A DNA stretch of 64,000 bases from Desulfobacterales bacterium (GTDB taxonomy: Bacteria; Desulfobacterota; Desulfobacteria; Desulfobacterales; UBA5852): NCBI GenBank assembly GCA_963674755.2, contig CAXXVS010000002.1, positions 2,144,001-2,208,000 on the forward strand, in the 5' to 3' direction. The position numbers and the translations under genes were made by a program. Of the stretch, positions 52,883-63,120 are shown piece after piece. Within the stretch, counting starts at the first letter, position 1, and each line of letters begins with the position of its first letter. The notes beneath the pieces are model-generated. The model was not told the DNA's origin. It saw only the letters and a program-made list of their open reading frames with translations, and did no database searches.

Positions 52883-52958
52883 GCGCCCGTAGTCCAGGGG
52901 ATAGGACGTCAGCCTCCGGAGCTGAAGATCGCAGGTTCGAATCCTGCCGGGCGTACCA
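52883..52958 (+). tRNA. tRNA-Arg(CCG)
   Basis: 76 nt; GCGCCCG acceptor, anticodon arm TCAGC-CTCCGGA-GCTGA, GGTTCGAATCC, CCA. Confidence 0.95.
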
Positions 52959-52966
52959 AATAAAAA

Positions 52967-52999
52967 CAAAGGGTTAGCGGATTTTCGCTAGCCCTTTTT
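52967..52999 (+). terminator. Terminator after tRNA-Arg
   Basis: AAAGGGTTAGCG-GATTTT-CGCTAGCCCTTTTT. Confidence 0.7.
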
Positions 53000-53042
53000 A
53001 CTTCAACAATTATCTTGCTGATAAAAACATAAGGGGCGGCAA

Positions 53043-53876
53043 ATGAAACACCACGAAGGATATTTTAAAAGTATCCGTGATACCAATATTTATTATCAAT
53101 ATTGGTTGCCTGAAGGTGAGCCCAAAGCCATCCTATTAGTTGCCCATGGGATAGCAGAGCACAGCGGGCGATACATGAATGTTGTCAACCATTTTGTTCC
53201 CGCTGGCTATGCTGTGTATGGGGTCGATCACATCGGACATGGTAAATCAGATGGTAAGAGAGTTTGCGTGGAACGATTTCAAGATTTCACAAAAACTTTT
53301 AAGAAATTTTTTGACATGATTCGGGGCTGGCAGCCTATAAAACCGATATTTCTGGTCGGGCATAGTATGGGGGGATTGATTAGTGCCGCATACCTTTTGA
53401 AGCACCAGGATGAATTAACAGGCGTTGTTTTTTCTGGGCCAGGGATAAAGGTGCCCGAAAATATATCGAACGCCGTTATTTTCGCAGGAAAAATATTATC
53501 GGTCGTAATGCCCAAGGCAGGAATCATTCAATTAGATGCGGAAGGCATCTGTCGAGATCCGGCAGTGGTAGATGCATACCTCAATGACCCGTTGGTTTAT
53601 ACAGGTAAAATTACCGCGAGACTATCTGCAGAAATGCTTAAGACAATTCAGCATGTGACAGGGTCTGCGATAAAGATAAGATTACCCATAATGATTGTGC
53701 AGGGGGGAAGTGATAAATTAGTTGATCCGAGTGGTGCTCAGTTGCTCTATGACTCGGTAAGCTCAGAGGATAAAAAGATCAAAATTTATGACGGTTTATA
53801 TCATGAAGTATTCAATGAACCAGAACATGGGCAGGTGTTGGACGATGTCAAAGTTTGGATAGACTCCCATTTATAG
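53043..53876 (+). CDS. Lysophospholipase / monoglyceride lipase-like alpha/beta hydrolase
   Basis: HGIAEHSGRY, GHGKS, GHSMGG, HEVFNEP. Confidence 0.9.
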   Translation: MKHHEGYFKSIRDTNIYYQYWLPEGEPKAILLVAHGIAEHSGRYMNVVNHFVPAGYAVYGVDHIGHGKSDGKRVCVERFQDFTKTFKKFFDMIRGWQPIKPIFLVGHSMGGLISAAYLLKHQDELTGVVFSGPGIKVPENISNAVIFAGKILSVVMPKAGIIQLDAEGICRDPAVVDAYLNDPLVYTGKITARLSAEMLKTIQHVTGSAIKIRLPIMIVQGGSDKLVDPSGAQLLYDSVSSEDKKIKIYDGLYHEVFNEPEHGQVLDDVKVWIDSHL

Positions 53877-54193
53877 GTATGTGTGGAAGATGGGCTACTG
53901 GTAAACTGCCTCGAAGCGGTTTCGTTATCTCCAACCTATTTGAAAATGCGACGGACGCCAGTTAGCCGCTATGCCCCCGCACTAATAACAGGTATGAAGC
54001 TCAGAGGTCTGCGGTGGATTATCTCAATATATCAGAAATTTCGTGATTGTTTCAGATCACAATATTTAGGGGTTCTATTCGATCTAAGAATACTCAAAAT
54101 TGTTCAATTTTTACATCGAAATATATCGATAAGTCAAAATCTGACGACGTTTATTAAAATCGATATCATGGGAAATACTTCCATCTAATAACA

Positions 54194-55216
54194 ATGCAGA
54201 AAAGAATGGCCATAGTAAATAATAGAAATATCGGTATAGATCTTCTCAGGGGCATATGCATGGTTTATATAGTTGGTTTTTGGCACATGATAGGTTATAC
54301 GAAAGCAATACAAAACTATAAGAATATTATCACCTACAGATTAACTTGGGTCATTCTTGCTACGTTTGTTTTTGTATCAGGTTATTTCATAGGGAAAAAT
54401 TCTATTGAGTTACATAAGCAGACATTAATATCATTTTATTTAAAAAAGGTAATGAGAATATATCCACTATATTTTTTATCAATACTGGTATTTACATATT
54501 TTGGATTGTCCGACTTTAAAACTTCAATAAAAGCATTTTTTTTAGTTTCAATGTTTGTTAAACCTTCGCCACCAACTTTATGGTTTATCACTATGATAAT
54601 GTTTTTTTATGTCATATCTCCATTTTTGATATTCGTTTGTAAAAATATTAAAAAAATAAAAATAATAGTCATCTATCTCATTGTGTCTTTACTGCTTATG
54701 CTATATTATTATTTTACAAAACTACTTGACTTAAGATTTATAGTGTACCTGCCAGCATTTATTTTTGGGATATTTGTTGCTGTTAATGATGAACAATCGA
54801 TTAGTACTAAATTAGTTATATTAGCATCTGTTGTCGGCGCATTAATTTCCTTTTTTCTTAATACTCCGCATAAACAACTAAATATGTTATTCTCAACATT
54901 GCTGGTAACCTCAGCCTCATTTTTTCTTTTTAATGTGTTCCGTAAAATGAGTTTCAAAAATACTAAAATCATGGCCTCTATTATTTTATTAAGCTATTCA
55001 AGCTACTGCATGTATCTGTTTCATCGCCCGATTTATATTATTCTTAAGAAATTATATTTCCCGAACTCACTTTTCCTACAATTATTATATCTTATCGTAA
55101 TTGGTTTGCCTTGCATCTTTATACTCTCTCTTTATTTACAAAAATTCTATGATAAATCAAATAGAATGTTAACAAATCACTATAATCTGGACGCCCCAAA
55201 AATAGCACGTCGTTGA
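54194..55216 (+). CDS. Acyltransferase_3 (OafA-like) membrane O-acyltransferase
   Basis: IDLLRG, FVFVSGY, MRIYPLY, LWFI, SYCMYLFH; multiple TM segments; very AT-rich. Confidence 0.87.
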   Translation: MQKRMAIVNNRNIGIDLLRGICMVYIVGFWHMIGYTKAIQNYKNIITYRLTWVILATFVFVSGYFIGKNSIELHKQTLISFYLKKVMRIYPLYFLSILVFTYFGLSDFKTSIKAFFLVSMFVKPSPPTLWFITMIMFFYVISPFLIFVCKNIKKIKIIVIYLIVSLLLMLYYYFTKLLDLRFIVYLPAFIFGIFVAVNDEQSISTKLVILASVVGALISFFLNTPHKQLNMLFSTLLVTSASFFLFNVFRKMSFKNTKIMASIILLSYSSYCMYLFHRPIYIILKKLYFPNSLFLQLLYLIVIGLPCIFILSLYLQKFYDKSNRMLTNHYNLDAPKIARR

Positions 55217-55250
55217 AGCGCAGATTTAGGCACATGATATTGTGTTAGTA

Positions 55251-57037
55251 CCTGAATTTTGCATGCAGACGTCTATAGCGGCGCCTGTCCCCAATATTTT
55301 TCACCCCCCGTCACAGCCGCCGAGGCGGTTTTTCTCCCCAAGTAGGATCGGCAAAGAGAAATCGCTGAACTAAAACGCCCCGGCCATGCGTACGATATCT
55401 ATCTGAGAACAATCATGATATTTCCATGCAAAAAATTTTGTGCATGAGCTGTGCAGCTAATCGGCAGCGCTCTGGAGCATCCCATGACCCCACGGTCTGG
55501 GCTGCAATCGTTTTTCATCAATGTATTTTAGGAAAGATATCAGTGCCGGCGTTCGGCTGTCATGGGCCGAGTAACGAACTTTATTTTTATTGGAGGCCGT
55601 GACCACCTTGGCGGCTATCATCAGCATGCGTAAACGGGCGATACGGATGGTGTTGGTTTCTATTCCTGCCAGTCCATGGCCCTGTTCACTTTTTTCGGCC
55701 GGCTGCGTTGCTTTACTGCTTAACTCGGCGATCATCTTCAAATAGCGCCAGATATTATAGGCCAGCATGACGATTTGGAAATAGGCGTAGTTGTTTTTAA
55801 ATCGCGAGGAAGGAATGGCATCGAGGCCTTCACGTTTGGCTTCACCCACAAGGTTTTCAACATCAGCGCGCTTGTCATACGTCGCGATGACCTTGTGGGC
55901 CGAACGACCTATATCGGTACAAAAGATGCGGTATTCATAACGGTCTTCTTCAAACAGTTCGCATTGGATGCATTGATCTTTGACAACTTCTTTCCCTTTG
56001 GGCATGCGCATAGCCACAAATCGAACAGGCCGCTGCCATTCCTTGGGCTGGTAGAGGCAGTTGTTGAACTCGCATGCTTTGCGTTTATGCGGCTGGTACC
56101 AACGCTTAGGGTCAAACGGCGGTTCACATTGTTTGTTGGCAATGATGAAATTGTAGCCGGCCTTAAAGCACTCATGGACACTGTGCCAGCTTTGAAATTC
56201 GGCATCGGCGCGGATGAGCACCTGTTCAACACTATCGGGCAGGTAGCGTTTTATTTTGGCGATAAACGCTGCGGTTTGTTTACCGCTAATGGTCTCTCCC
56301 CTGCGAAGTTTGCCCATCAAGTATTCACGGCTTTGTTCAATGAAGCATAATACCGGACGATATCCCTTTTTACCCCGATTTTTCGGGTTGTGGCCCTTTT
56401 TCGCGCCCTGCTGGCTGCCGAAAACGGTTTCCACGGTCGTGTCGATATCCAGGCTGATGCGGTAGTAAGACACATCGCAAAGCTGCCAGACCCGTTTACG
56501 TAGCACCGCCATCAATCCAAGCAGCGCATGCGCCTGGTTGATGCCCAGGCTGTTGACATAACGCCAGAAGGTACTGGCGGCCGGCAACCGCGTCAGATTG
56601 AAAAATCCGCATAGCATCGCGTCCAGACGCAGACAAGAAAAATGCCAAATGCGATTGAATCCTATAAACAGTAGCATCAGCAAGCCTATCACCATCGCAT
56701 AATGGCCCAGCTTGGGCTCACGGCTCGGTGCCTTATAGGTAAAGTCAAAGATTTCCCGGAATTCGACCAGATCCAAAAATTTGATCAGCGCCAAAAGCCC
56801 GCCGAATGGGCTCAATTGTTCGCTGCACGTGTCATAACCGATAGAAGCGTTGATTTCTTGGCCTTTGCGCCATTGGGGCAAAACCCTTTAGGCTTGCGGT
56901 TTCCCTTCAAATTTGATTTCTTGGTTTTTACCATCTGGGTACCTCCTGTTTTTTGGAAGGTTTGTGGTGAACCCCCTTTATAACAGAGTTCCCAGATGGT
57001 TTTTACTCCTCACGAAGCATCTCGTGCAAAATTCAGG
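55251..57037 (-). mobile_element. IS1380-family insertion sequence
   Basis: Terminal IRs CCTGAATTTTGCA at 55251 and TGCAAAATTCAGG ending at 57037. Confidence 0.85.
55457..56934 (-). pseudogene. IS1380-type transposase with apparent 1-bp frameshift near the 5' end
   Basis: RBS AGGAGG plus ATG at 56934 opens MVKTKKS...GAKAKK and stops after 40 aa. The body (FGGL, LDIDTTV, IRADAEF, RADVEN..GEAK) is in another frame, shifted near 56855. Confidence 0.72.
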
Positions 57038-57076
57038 TTCTGAATTCAATCACAACACATTTAAAGGGATAGTCTC

Positions 57077-58513
57077 ATGTCTGACAAATCAATTTCTCGG
57101 CAGATGGCGGAATTTGCTGTTAGTCTGAACTATGAAAATCTTCCGCAAGATGTTATCACCGCCGTGAAACGATTCCTGTATGATTCGATCGGTTGTGCCT
57201 ATGGGGGGATGAAAACCCGGGATGTAAAAACCATGCTTCAAATCTATCAGGAAATGGGCGGACAGCCGGAATCCCGTGTGATCGGGTTTGGCGATCGACT
57301 ACCGACGGTAAGCACGGCCCTAATCAACGCATTGATGATAAGGGCATTGGATTTCAACGATATCTACTGGAAAGAAGATCCCAGCCACCCCAGCGATCTG
57401 ATCCCTGCGGCTTTATCCGTCGCCGAAAAAGTGGACGCATCAATGAAAGCGGTGATTGTCGCCATCGTTCTGGCGTACGAGTTTGAACAGCGATTGTGCC
57501 TGTTTGCCAAGCCGGGCGTTCGTGAAAGGAAGTGGCACCATGCGACCTTGACCCAATTTGTTTCCCCTATCGTCGCCGCAAAAATCCTCGGCTTAACCGT
57601 CGATCAGATGGTCAATGCCATTGGTATCGGCGGATGTCATAACTACACCGTTGGATGCCCCACCGCCGGAAGACTGACCATGATGAAGAACACGGTGGAT
57701 CCCATGGCGGTGCAAGCGGGTGTGTTGGCCGCCTTGATGGCTCAAAGGGGCTACACTGGAACGGAAAAGGTCTTCGATGGCAAAGAGGGGTTCATGGATG
57801 CATTCATCGGTTGGAATGCTAACGAAGAAACGCTCCAGCCCACGGAGAATGAAGGCCGTGACGGCGTGTCTACCTGGACTTGGGATATCGACGCCCTGAT
57901 CGGGAATCTGGGTGAAGGCTATAAGATTCTGGAATGCGGGATGAAAGCATTCCCCACCGAGGCATTGACTCACACGCATATTTCATGTGTGTTGAAGGCC
58001 GTGATCGACAATGCGTTGAACTACACAGATATCGAGGAAGTCAGGGTGACCGCCTCTGCCCAGGCCTTTGACATCCTGTTCGATCCGGCAAAGTACAGAC
58101 CCCAATCACGTGAGACGGCCGATCATTCATTGCCGTATTGCCTGGCGGCGGCAATTGTGGACAGGAAAGTCACTCCCCAGTCTTTCTCGGCGGATAAGCT
58201 GAAAGATCCCGCGATTCTCGAAGTAATCGATAAAATAAAAGGCGAAGCCTCATTGGAATTTGAGAAAATGTTTCCTGCGAAACAGCCGTCAAGGGTCGTG
58301 ATCGCGACCACTGACGGACGATCGTTCGAGGAGTATCTCGACTATCCCATGGGAGATCCACGTCAGCCCATGACCACGCAGAACTTAGAGGACAAATTCA
58401 ATGGCTTGTCGGGTGACATGCTGGGCAGGGAGCGTTTGGCCGAAGTGAGAGACGCAATCTTCAACTGTGAAAACCTCTCTGCCAGAGACTTCATGTCGGC
58501 ATTGGTGGTTTGA
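57077..58513 (+). CDS. MmgE/PrpD family protein, 2-methylcitrate dehydratase-like
   Basis: RALDFND, SHPSD, AYEF, MMK, ETADHSLPY, GDPRQP. Confidence 0.88.
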   Translation: MSDKSISRQMAEFAVSLNYENLPQDVITAVKRFLYDSIGCAYGGMKTRDVKTMLQIYQEMGGQPESRVIGFGDRLPTVSTALINALMIRALDFNDIYWKEDPSHPSDLIPAALSVAEKVDASMKAVIVAIVLAYEFEQRLCLFAKPGVRERKWHHATLTQFVSPIVAAKILGLTVDQMVNAIGIGGCHNYTVGCPTAGRLTMMKNTVDPMAVQAGVLAALMAQRGYTGTEKVFDGKEGFMDAFIGWNANEETLQPTENEGRDGVSTWTWDIDALIGNLGEGYKILECGMKAFPTEALTHTHISCVLKAVIDNALNYTDIEEVRVTASAQAFDILFDPAKYRPQSRETADHSLPYCLAAAIVDRKVTPQSFSADKLKDPAILEVIDKIKGEASLEFEKMFPAKQPSRVVIATTDGRSFEEYLDYPMGDPRQPMTTQNLEDKFNGLSGDMLGRERLAEVRDAIFNCENLSARDFMSALVV

Positions 58514-58577
58514 ACATAACCTCCATGATGCGACAACAGGGATAATTCGGTTCGACAGGCCACCTGATCAACGGGCA

Positions 58578-58890
58578 TTATTTGGTAATCTGACAAATCC
58601 AGTCAAAAGCGGTTCCGCGCTTGATTTTTTTAAGGTGCAGACAGGTCTTGTATAGACCAGCATCATACGTGCAGTTGACCAGTTCGACCGGTTTGCCATG
58701 TTGGTCATACATGATTCTCTCGGTGAGCAGGGTCAGATTGCCGGGGAGGATCCCCAAATGTTCGGTCGTCTCTTCGTCGGCAAACGATGCTTCGATGGTC
58801 TGGAAGGCCTCGGTGAAATGAATATTCAGGTCATCTTCCAGAATCTTCAGCAACGGTTTGTCAAACAAGGCCTCCTCTTCTATCTGCTCC
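58578..58890 (-). pseudogene. 3' fragment of a GntR/HutC regulator (UTRA domain)
   Basis: LLKILEDD..AFQTIEASFADEETTEHLGILPG..TERIMYDQHGKPVE..Y; no HTH and no start of its own. Confidence 0.7.
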
Positions 58891-59283
58891 CGCGACGATG
58901 GCCTCGATGAGCTGTTTGCCCGTTGCATTTTCCCGCTAGGCGATGGCCAAAGCCGCCGCCATGATCGCAACACCGGGGTGGGCATTGGCAAACCGGTGCC
59001 CATCATCCATGTCCAGGACATGTCCCTGGATGCCGTTTAACAGGGCCGCGTTGAGAACTGGCAGTTTTCTGCCGTCACCGATGATGGTCGCTTCTTCTGC
59101 GCCACCCTGATTGAAAATCGGGGCGGTAACGATGGGTGACAACCCCAGTCTGCTGCCGGCCAGGGCCATGCCCATGAAATCCAGCAAACAGCGTTTCACC
59201 TGATGAACAACCTGAACCGGCAAATCTTCAAATTTTATTTTTACTAAAAAATCTGCCAATATATCTCGTATTTTGGTTTCCAT
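58888..59283 (-). pseudogene. 5' fragment of a second MmgE/PrpD gene with a nonsense codon
   Basis: FEDLP..CLLD..AALLNG..HVLDMDD..HPG. TAG at 58936 interrupts ALAIA*RENATGKQLIEAIVAG, then the gene is truncated. Confidence 0.8.
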
Positions 59284-59509
59284 ACGGCTCCATGATCGTC
59301 ATCATTTGAATACTCTTGCAGGACATTTGATCTTTTCAAATTAAAAACATTAATAATTTTGCTGCTCTTGCCACTGCTTCAAGTCCCGCCATTTTTCCTA
59401 TTCAAGGAATACTCGACAGGCCTTGGCCCCCTTTCGGCCTTCCCCCACTCTTGGATTGGAATTTCTGAGATTCATGTTCTTCTAAATTTTGTGGTTATTT
59501 TCGGGCATA

Positions 59510-61396
59510 TCAAGCTTTCATCGTTATTGATTCACCCAATAATTTTTTTTTAATAATGGAGGTATTGGTCAATAGAAACGGGACTAAAATGCCAAGCCCG
59601 ACGACATCCGAAACCACCCCTGGCAGGATCATGGTTATTGCTCCCGCACCAAGCACGACGCGCCAGAAAAGATTGGTCTTTTTTTGATAAAATCCCACCA
59701 GTGCGATGGACAGCATCCACAGACCCGCCATGGCCGTGGTAAACGAAAAAAGAATCACATACCAATGGCCAAGTCCGAGCAGGGAATTGCCGTAGACGAT
59801 GATGTAGGGGAGCAAAAAACCGGTGAAACCGAGACGAAACGCCTGGAGCCCCGCCTTGAAGGGATCGCATCCAGCGATGCCCGCCGTAGTGTACGCGGCC
59901 AGCGCAACTGGTGGCGTGATGGGGGCGTAACAGCAGAACATGAATACGAAGAAATGCGCCACCAGCAACGGGAGGCCCATTTGGACAAGACTCGGTGCAA
60001 CGGTAACCGCCATGACGATGTAACATCCGGTCGGTGGCAGCCCCATTCCCAGAACGAGGGCAATCAACATGGCAAATATAAGGCCGAGAAATAGATGGCC
60101 TTGCGCCGCGCTCATCAGAAGATCGGAAAGCTTCAACCCCAACCCGGTCAGGCCCAACATGCCGATGATGATTCCAGCCGTCGCACACGCCACCGAAACC
60201 ACCAAAATTTTTCGAGGGGTTTCAATCAGCGCATCGAACAGGTGTTTTAGCGGCACCCGAAGTTCCGGCTTGAAAAAATTATAGACGAGCGTGGTGATGA
60301 TTAAAATTAAGGCCGAAAACAGCGCCGCGCGCAGTGGGGAGACGCGCAGTACTGAGAGCGATAAAACCAGGACGCCGAGCGGGATAACCAGCCGCAGGCT
60401 TTTTAGAACGGCCTCTTTTTTGTCCGGAATCTCCTCATCCGGCAGCCTCGACATATTCCCCTTGCGGGCTTCATTGCCAACGACAAAAATCAGTGCGGAA
60501 TAAAAAAGAACTGCAGGGATGATCGCGTGAACAATAATCTTGGCGTATGGAATGCCAGTAATATCGGCCATAACAAAGGCCGCCGCCCCCATTACCGGCG
60601 GCACCAATGAGGCCCCCGATGAGGCGACGGCCTCTATGCCGGCCGCCAGGGTAGGGCTATATCCCACTCTTTTCATCATCGGAATGGTGAACGCTCCCGT
60701 CGTGGCAGCATCGGACACGGGGCTGCCGGAAACCATGCCCACGGTCACGCTTGAAAAAATGCCGACCTTTGCGGGACCGCCTTGTAATTTGCCCGTAAAT
60801 GCGTTGGCAAGGTTGATAAAAAGATCCCCCACACCAGATTTTTCCATGAATGTGCCGAACAAAACAAAAAGAAAGACGTAGGTGGCCGCCACACCCAGGG
60901 GGATGCCATAGATGCCTTCCGTGGTCAGGCACAACTGGGAAACGATTCGCTCAAAATCCCGCCCCGAGTGTCCTAAAGGGTCCGGCAGAAAATTCCCAAG
61001 GTAGCAATACAGGAGAGAAAAAACCCCAAGCAGGGTCATCGTTAGACCAACGGTTCGTCGGGTTGCTTCCAGCAAAACAACTAGGGTCGTGAAACCGATA
61101 ATTAGATCCAGCGTATTGGGATCGCCGGCGCGATAAAAGAGATCATCGAAAACCAGATATAAATATAAGCCGCTAGAGATAGACATTAATGCCAAAGGGA
61201 TGTCGATCAAATAAGTGAGTTTCGATTTTTTTATGGCAGGGAAAAAGAAAAATACCAGCACAAGGACGAATGACAAATGAATGCTGCGCTGTAAAAGGGC
61301 AGTCATTAATCCGTGGGTTGCAGTAAAGATTTGAAAAAGCGTCAATAGCAACGAAATGGCCATGATGGCTTTTGCCGCTGCTTTTTTAGAAGTCAT
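59510..61396 (-). CDS. TRAP transporter fused permease (4TM/12TM, TAXI-associated)
   Basis: EGIYGIPLGV, GGPAKV, PPVMGAAAF, LGMGLP, ITPPVALAAY. Confidence 0.93.
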   Translation of the reverse strand: MTSKKAAAKAIMAISLLLTLFQIFTATHGLMTALLQRSIHLSFVLVLVFFFFPAIKKSKLTYLIDIPLALMSISSGLYLYLVFDDLFYRAGDPNTLDLIIGFTTLVVLLEATRRTVGLTMTLLGVFSLLYCYLGNFLPDPLGHSGRDFERIVSQLCLTTEGIYGIPLGVAATYVFLFVLFGTFMEKSGVGDLFINLANAFTGKLQGGPAKVGIFSSVTVGMVSGSPVSDAATTGAFTIPMMKRVGYSPTLAAGIEAVASSGASLVPPVMGAAAFVMADITGIPYAKIIVHAIIPAVLFYSALIFVVGNEARKGNMSRLPDEEIPDKKEAVLKSLRLVIPLGVLVLSLSVLRVSPLRAALFSALILIITTLVYNFFKPELRVPLKHLFDALIETPRKILVVSVACATAGIIIGMLGLTGLGLKLSDLLMSAAQGHLFLGLIFAMLIALVLGMGLPPTGCYIVMAVTVAPSLVQMGLPLLVAHFFVFMFCCYAPITPPVALAAYTTAGIAGCDPFKAGLQAFRLGFTGFLLPYIIVYGNSLLGLGHWYVILFSFTTAMAGLWMLSIALVGFYQKKTNLFWRVVLGAGAITMILPGVVSDVVGLGILVPFLLTNTSIIKKKLLGESITMKA

Positions 61397-61532
61397 TGGG
61401 CCTCCAAGAGATGCTTCCGGCTGAAATGCCGAGATCGAGGTTCTTGGTGATTAATAGAATATCCTGACGGAAAGCTATCTCACCATCAGCAGAAAAGGGG
61501 GGCAACTATAGGTACCCCCCTTCCCAAGGCGT

Positions 61533-62498
61533 TTATTCGTGATACGCGTTTTTTTCTTTATAGTATTTAATAGCTCCGGGGTGAACCGGTATCAAAGTAG
61601 GCGTAGCATTCTCTAATGTTGTTTCTCTTAAAGAAGGATGAATTGCATTGAGCTCATCTTTATGTTCAAAAACCGCTTTGACAAATTTATATACCACATC
61701 CTCAGGAATCTCTGGTCTACAAACAAGAATCGTTTTAGCTGCTACGGTATCAGTATCTTGGTCTACTCCTTTATAAGAACCACCGGGAATTGTCGCTTTT
61801 ACCAAGTATGGATAGGCAGCGACGACGGCATCACTCTCTTTTTCGGAAAAAGGAACAAGCCTTATTTTGTGTGTCATAGATAGGCTCGTGATTGAGGAAT
61901 TCGGTATGGGAGAACCAATAAATTCCGCTGAAATTGTTTTGTCTTGAAGGGCTTCAGTAGCTTCTGTAAACGATAAAAATTCAGGCTTGAAATCATCGTA
62001 TGAAATTCCTAAAGCTTTCAGAATTGCCCGTGATTTAACTTCAGTCCCGGATCCTGGAGAGCCTACTCCGATACGCTTTCCTTTAATATCTTCAATCGTT
62101 TTAATATCACTGCCGGCAAGTGTAACAAGATGAACGGGTTGGGTATACATGTTGAAAAGCGCCCTGACATCAATTTTATGGTCGAAATGTTTAGATTTTT
62201 CATAACCAAAGAAGGCATGGTAGGTTACGTCATAAGAAACCGTTGCCATTTCAATCTTTTTTTTATCGAGGAGCTTATAGTCTTCAACGGAACCGCCGGT
62301 TGACTCTACCGTAACGCTCAAATCCGGGACATATTTGCTGACGATATTCGCGATAGCACCTCCATACGGATACAGTCCTCCTCCGGTGCCCGCCGTTCCA
62401 ATGGACAGACGAGTGGTTTCAGCCATGGCGCCTGTCATGCCAAGACTCAGCAATGCCAAGCATGTGATCAGACCTACAACAAACCGTTTCGGTTCCAT
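61533..62498 (-). CDS. TAXI family TRAP solute-binding protein
   Basis: Signal peptide, SIGTAGTGG, STGGSVE, VGSPGSGTE, PVHPGAIKYY; AGGAG RBS. Confidence 0.93.
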   Translation of the reverse strand: MEPKRFVVGLITCLALLSLGMTGAMAETTRLSIGTAGTGGGLYPYGGAIANIVSKYVPDLSVTVESTGGSVEDYKLLDKKKIEMATVSYDVTYHAFFGYEKSKHFDHKIDVRALFNMYTQPVHLVTLAGSDIKTIEDIKGKRIGVGSPGSGTEVKSRAILKALGISYDDFKPEFLSFTEATEALQDKTISAEFIGSPIPNSSITSLSMTHKIRLVPFSEKESDAVVAAYPYLVKATIPGGSYKGVDQDTDTVAAKTILVCRPEIPEDVVYKFVKAVFEHKDELNAIHPSLRETTLENATPTLIPVHPGAIKYYKEKNAYHE

Positions 62499-63120
62499 AA
62501 CCATTCTCCTTTTTTGAATAATACGATTTGCCTCACCATTATTTGATTTAAGCCACATCCCATGTCGCGCGATGAGATCAATGTGGCGTTCCGACACCTG
62601 GCAGTTATCCCCAGGCGCATCGAGTAAATCGGTGCTCTCTTAGCTTATTCGACAGTGCCATATCCATGTTCACCGAGAATCTGATTCATTGTTTATTGAC
62701 TTGCCTATTAAAATATCATGCCAAATCATGAGCATATTTGGATTGATCGTTATCCTATGCACCGATTGTTTAAATTCCATCGCCAAAATTCTTAACAAAC
62801 TTATTTAATAGAAAAAAATAAAAGTGAGCATCGTCGGGTAGTGTAAAGACGATAATCCCACACCATCGTTTCTTCCCATCGAGATCTGAAAGTGTTTCAT
62901 TTTTGATGCATTATCTGAAACCGATTAGAAACGGATGAAACCCCCTGACCCATCGGGATTGAGATGATCATCCTTTGGATATTGTGGGGGATGTCGTCCT
63001 CTGCTGATGGTTGGGTTGAATCCCGGGGACCCATTTTATTTTTCACGGGCGCCGCGGCGATGACGTCGATATCTCTTTTCAATAATTAATTCCCGGTGTC
63101 TTTCTCATTATTTAACCTGC

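Noticed and set aside
53883..54188. 101-aa ORF between the lipase and acyltransferase genes
   Set aside because: No motif or convincing RBS; probably intergenic or decayed sequence.
58936..58938. Pyrrolysine or other readthrough of the in-frame TAG in the mmgE fragment
   Set aside because: The gene is truncated about 16 codons later anyway, so simple decay explains it.
62640..62730. Sigma54 promoters upstream of the TAXI gene (TGGCAC and TGGCAT on the minus strand)
   Set aside because: Neither has GC at the required GG-N10-GC spacing.
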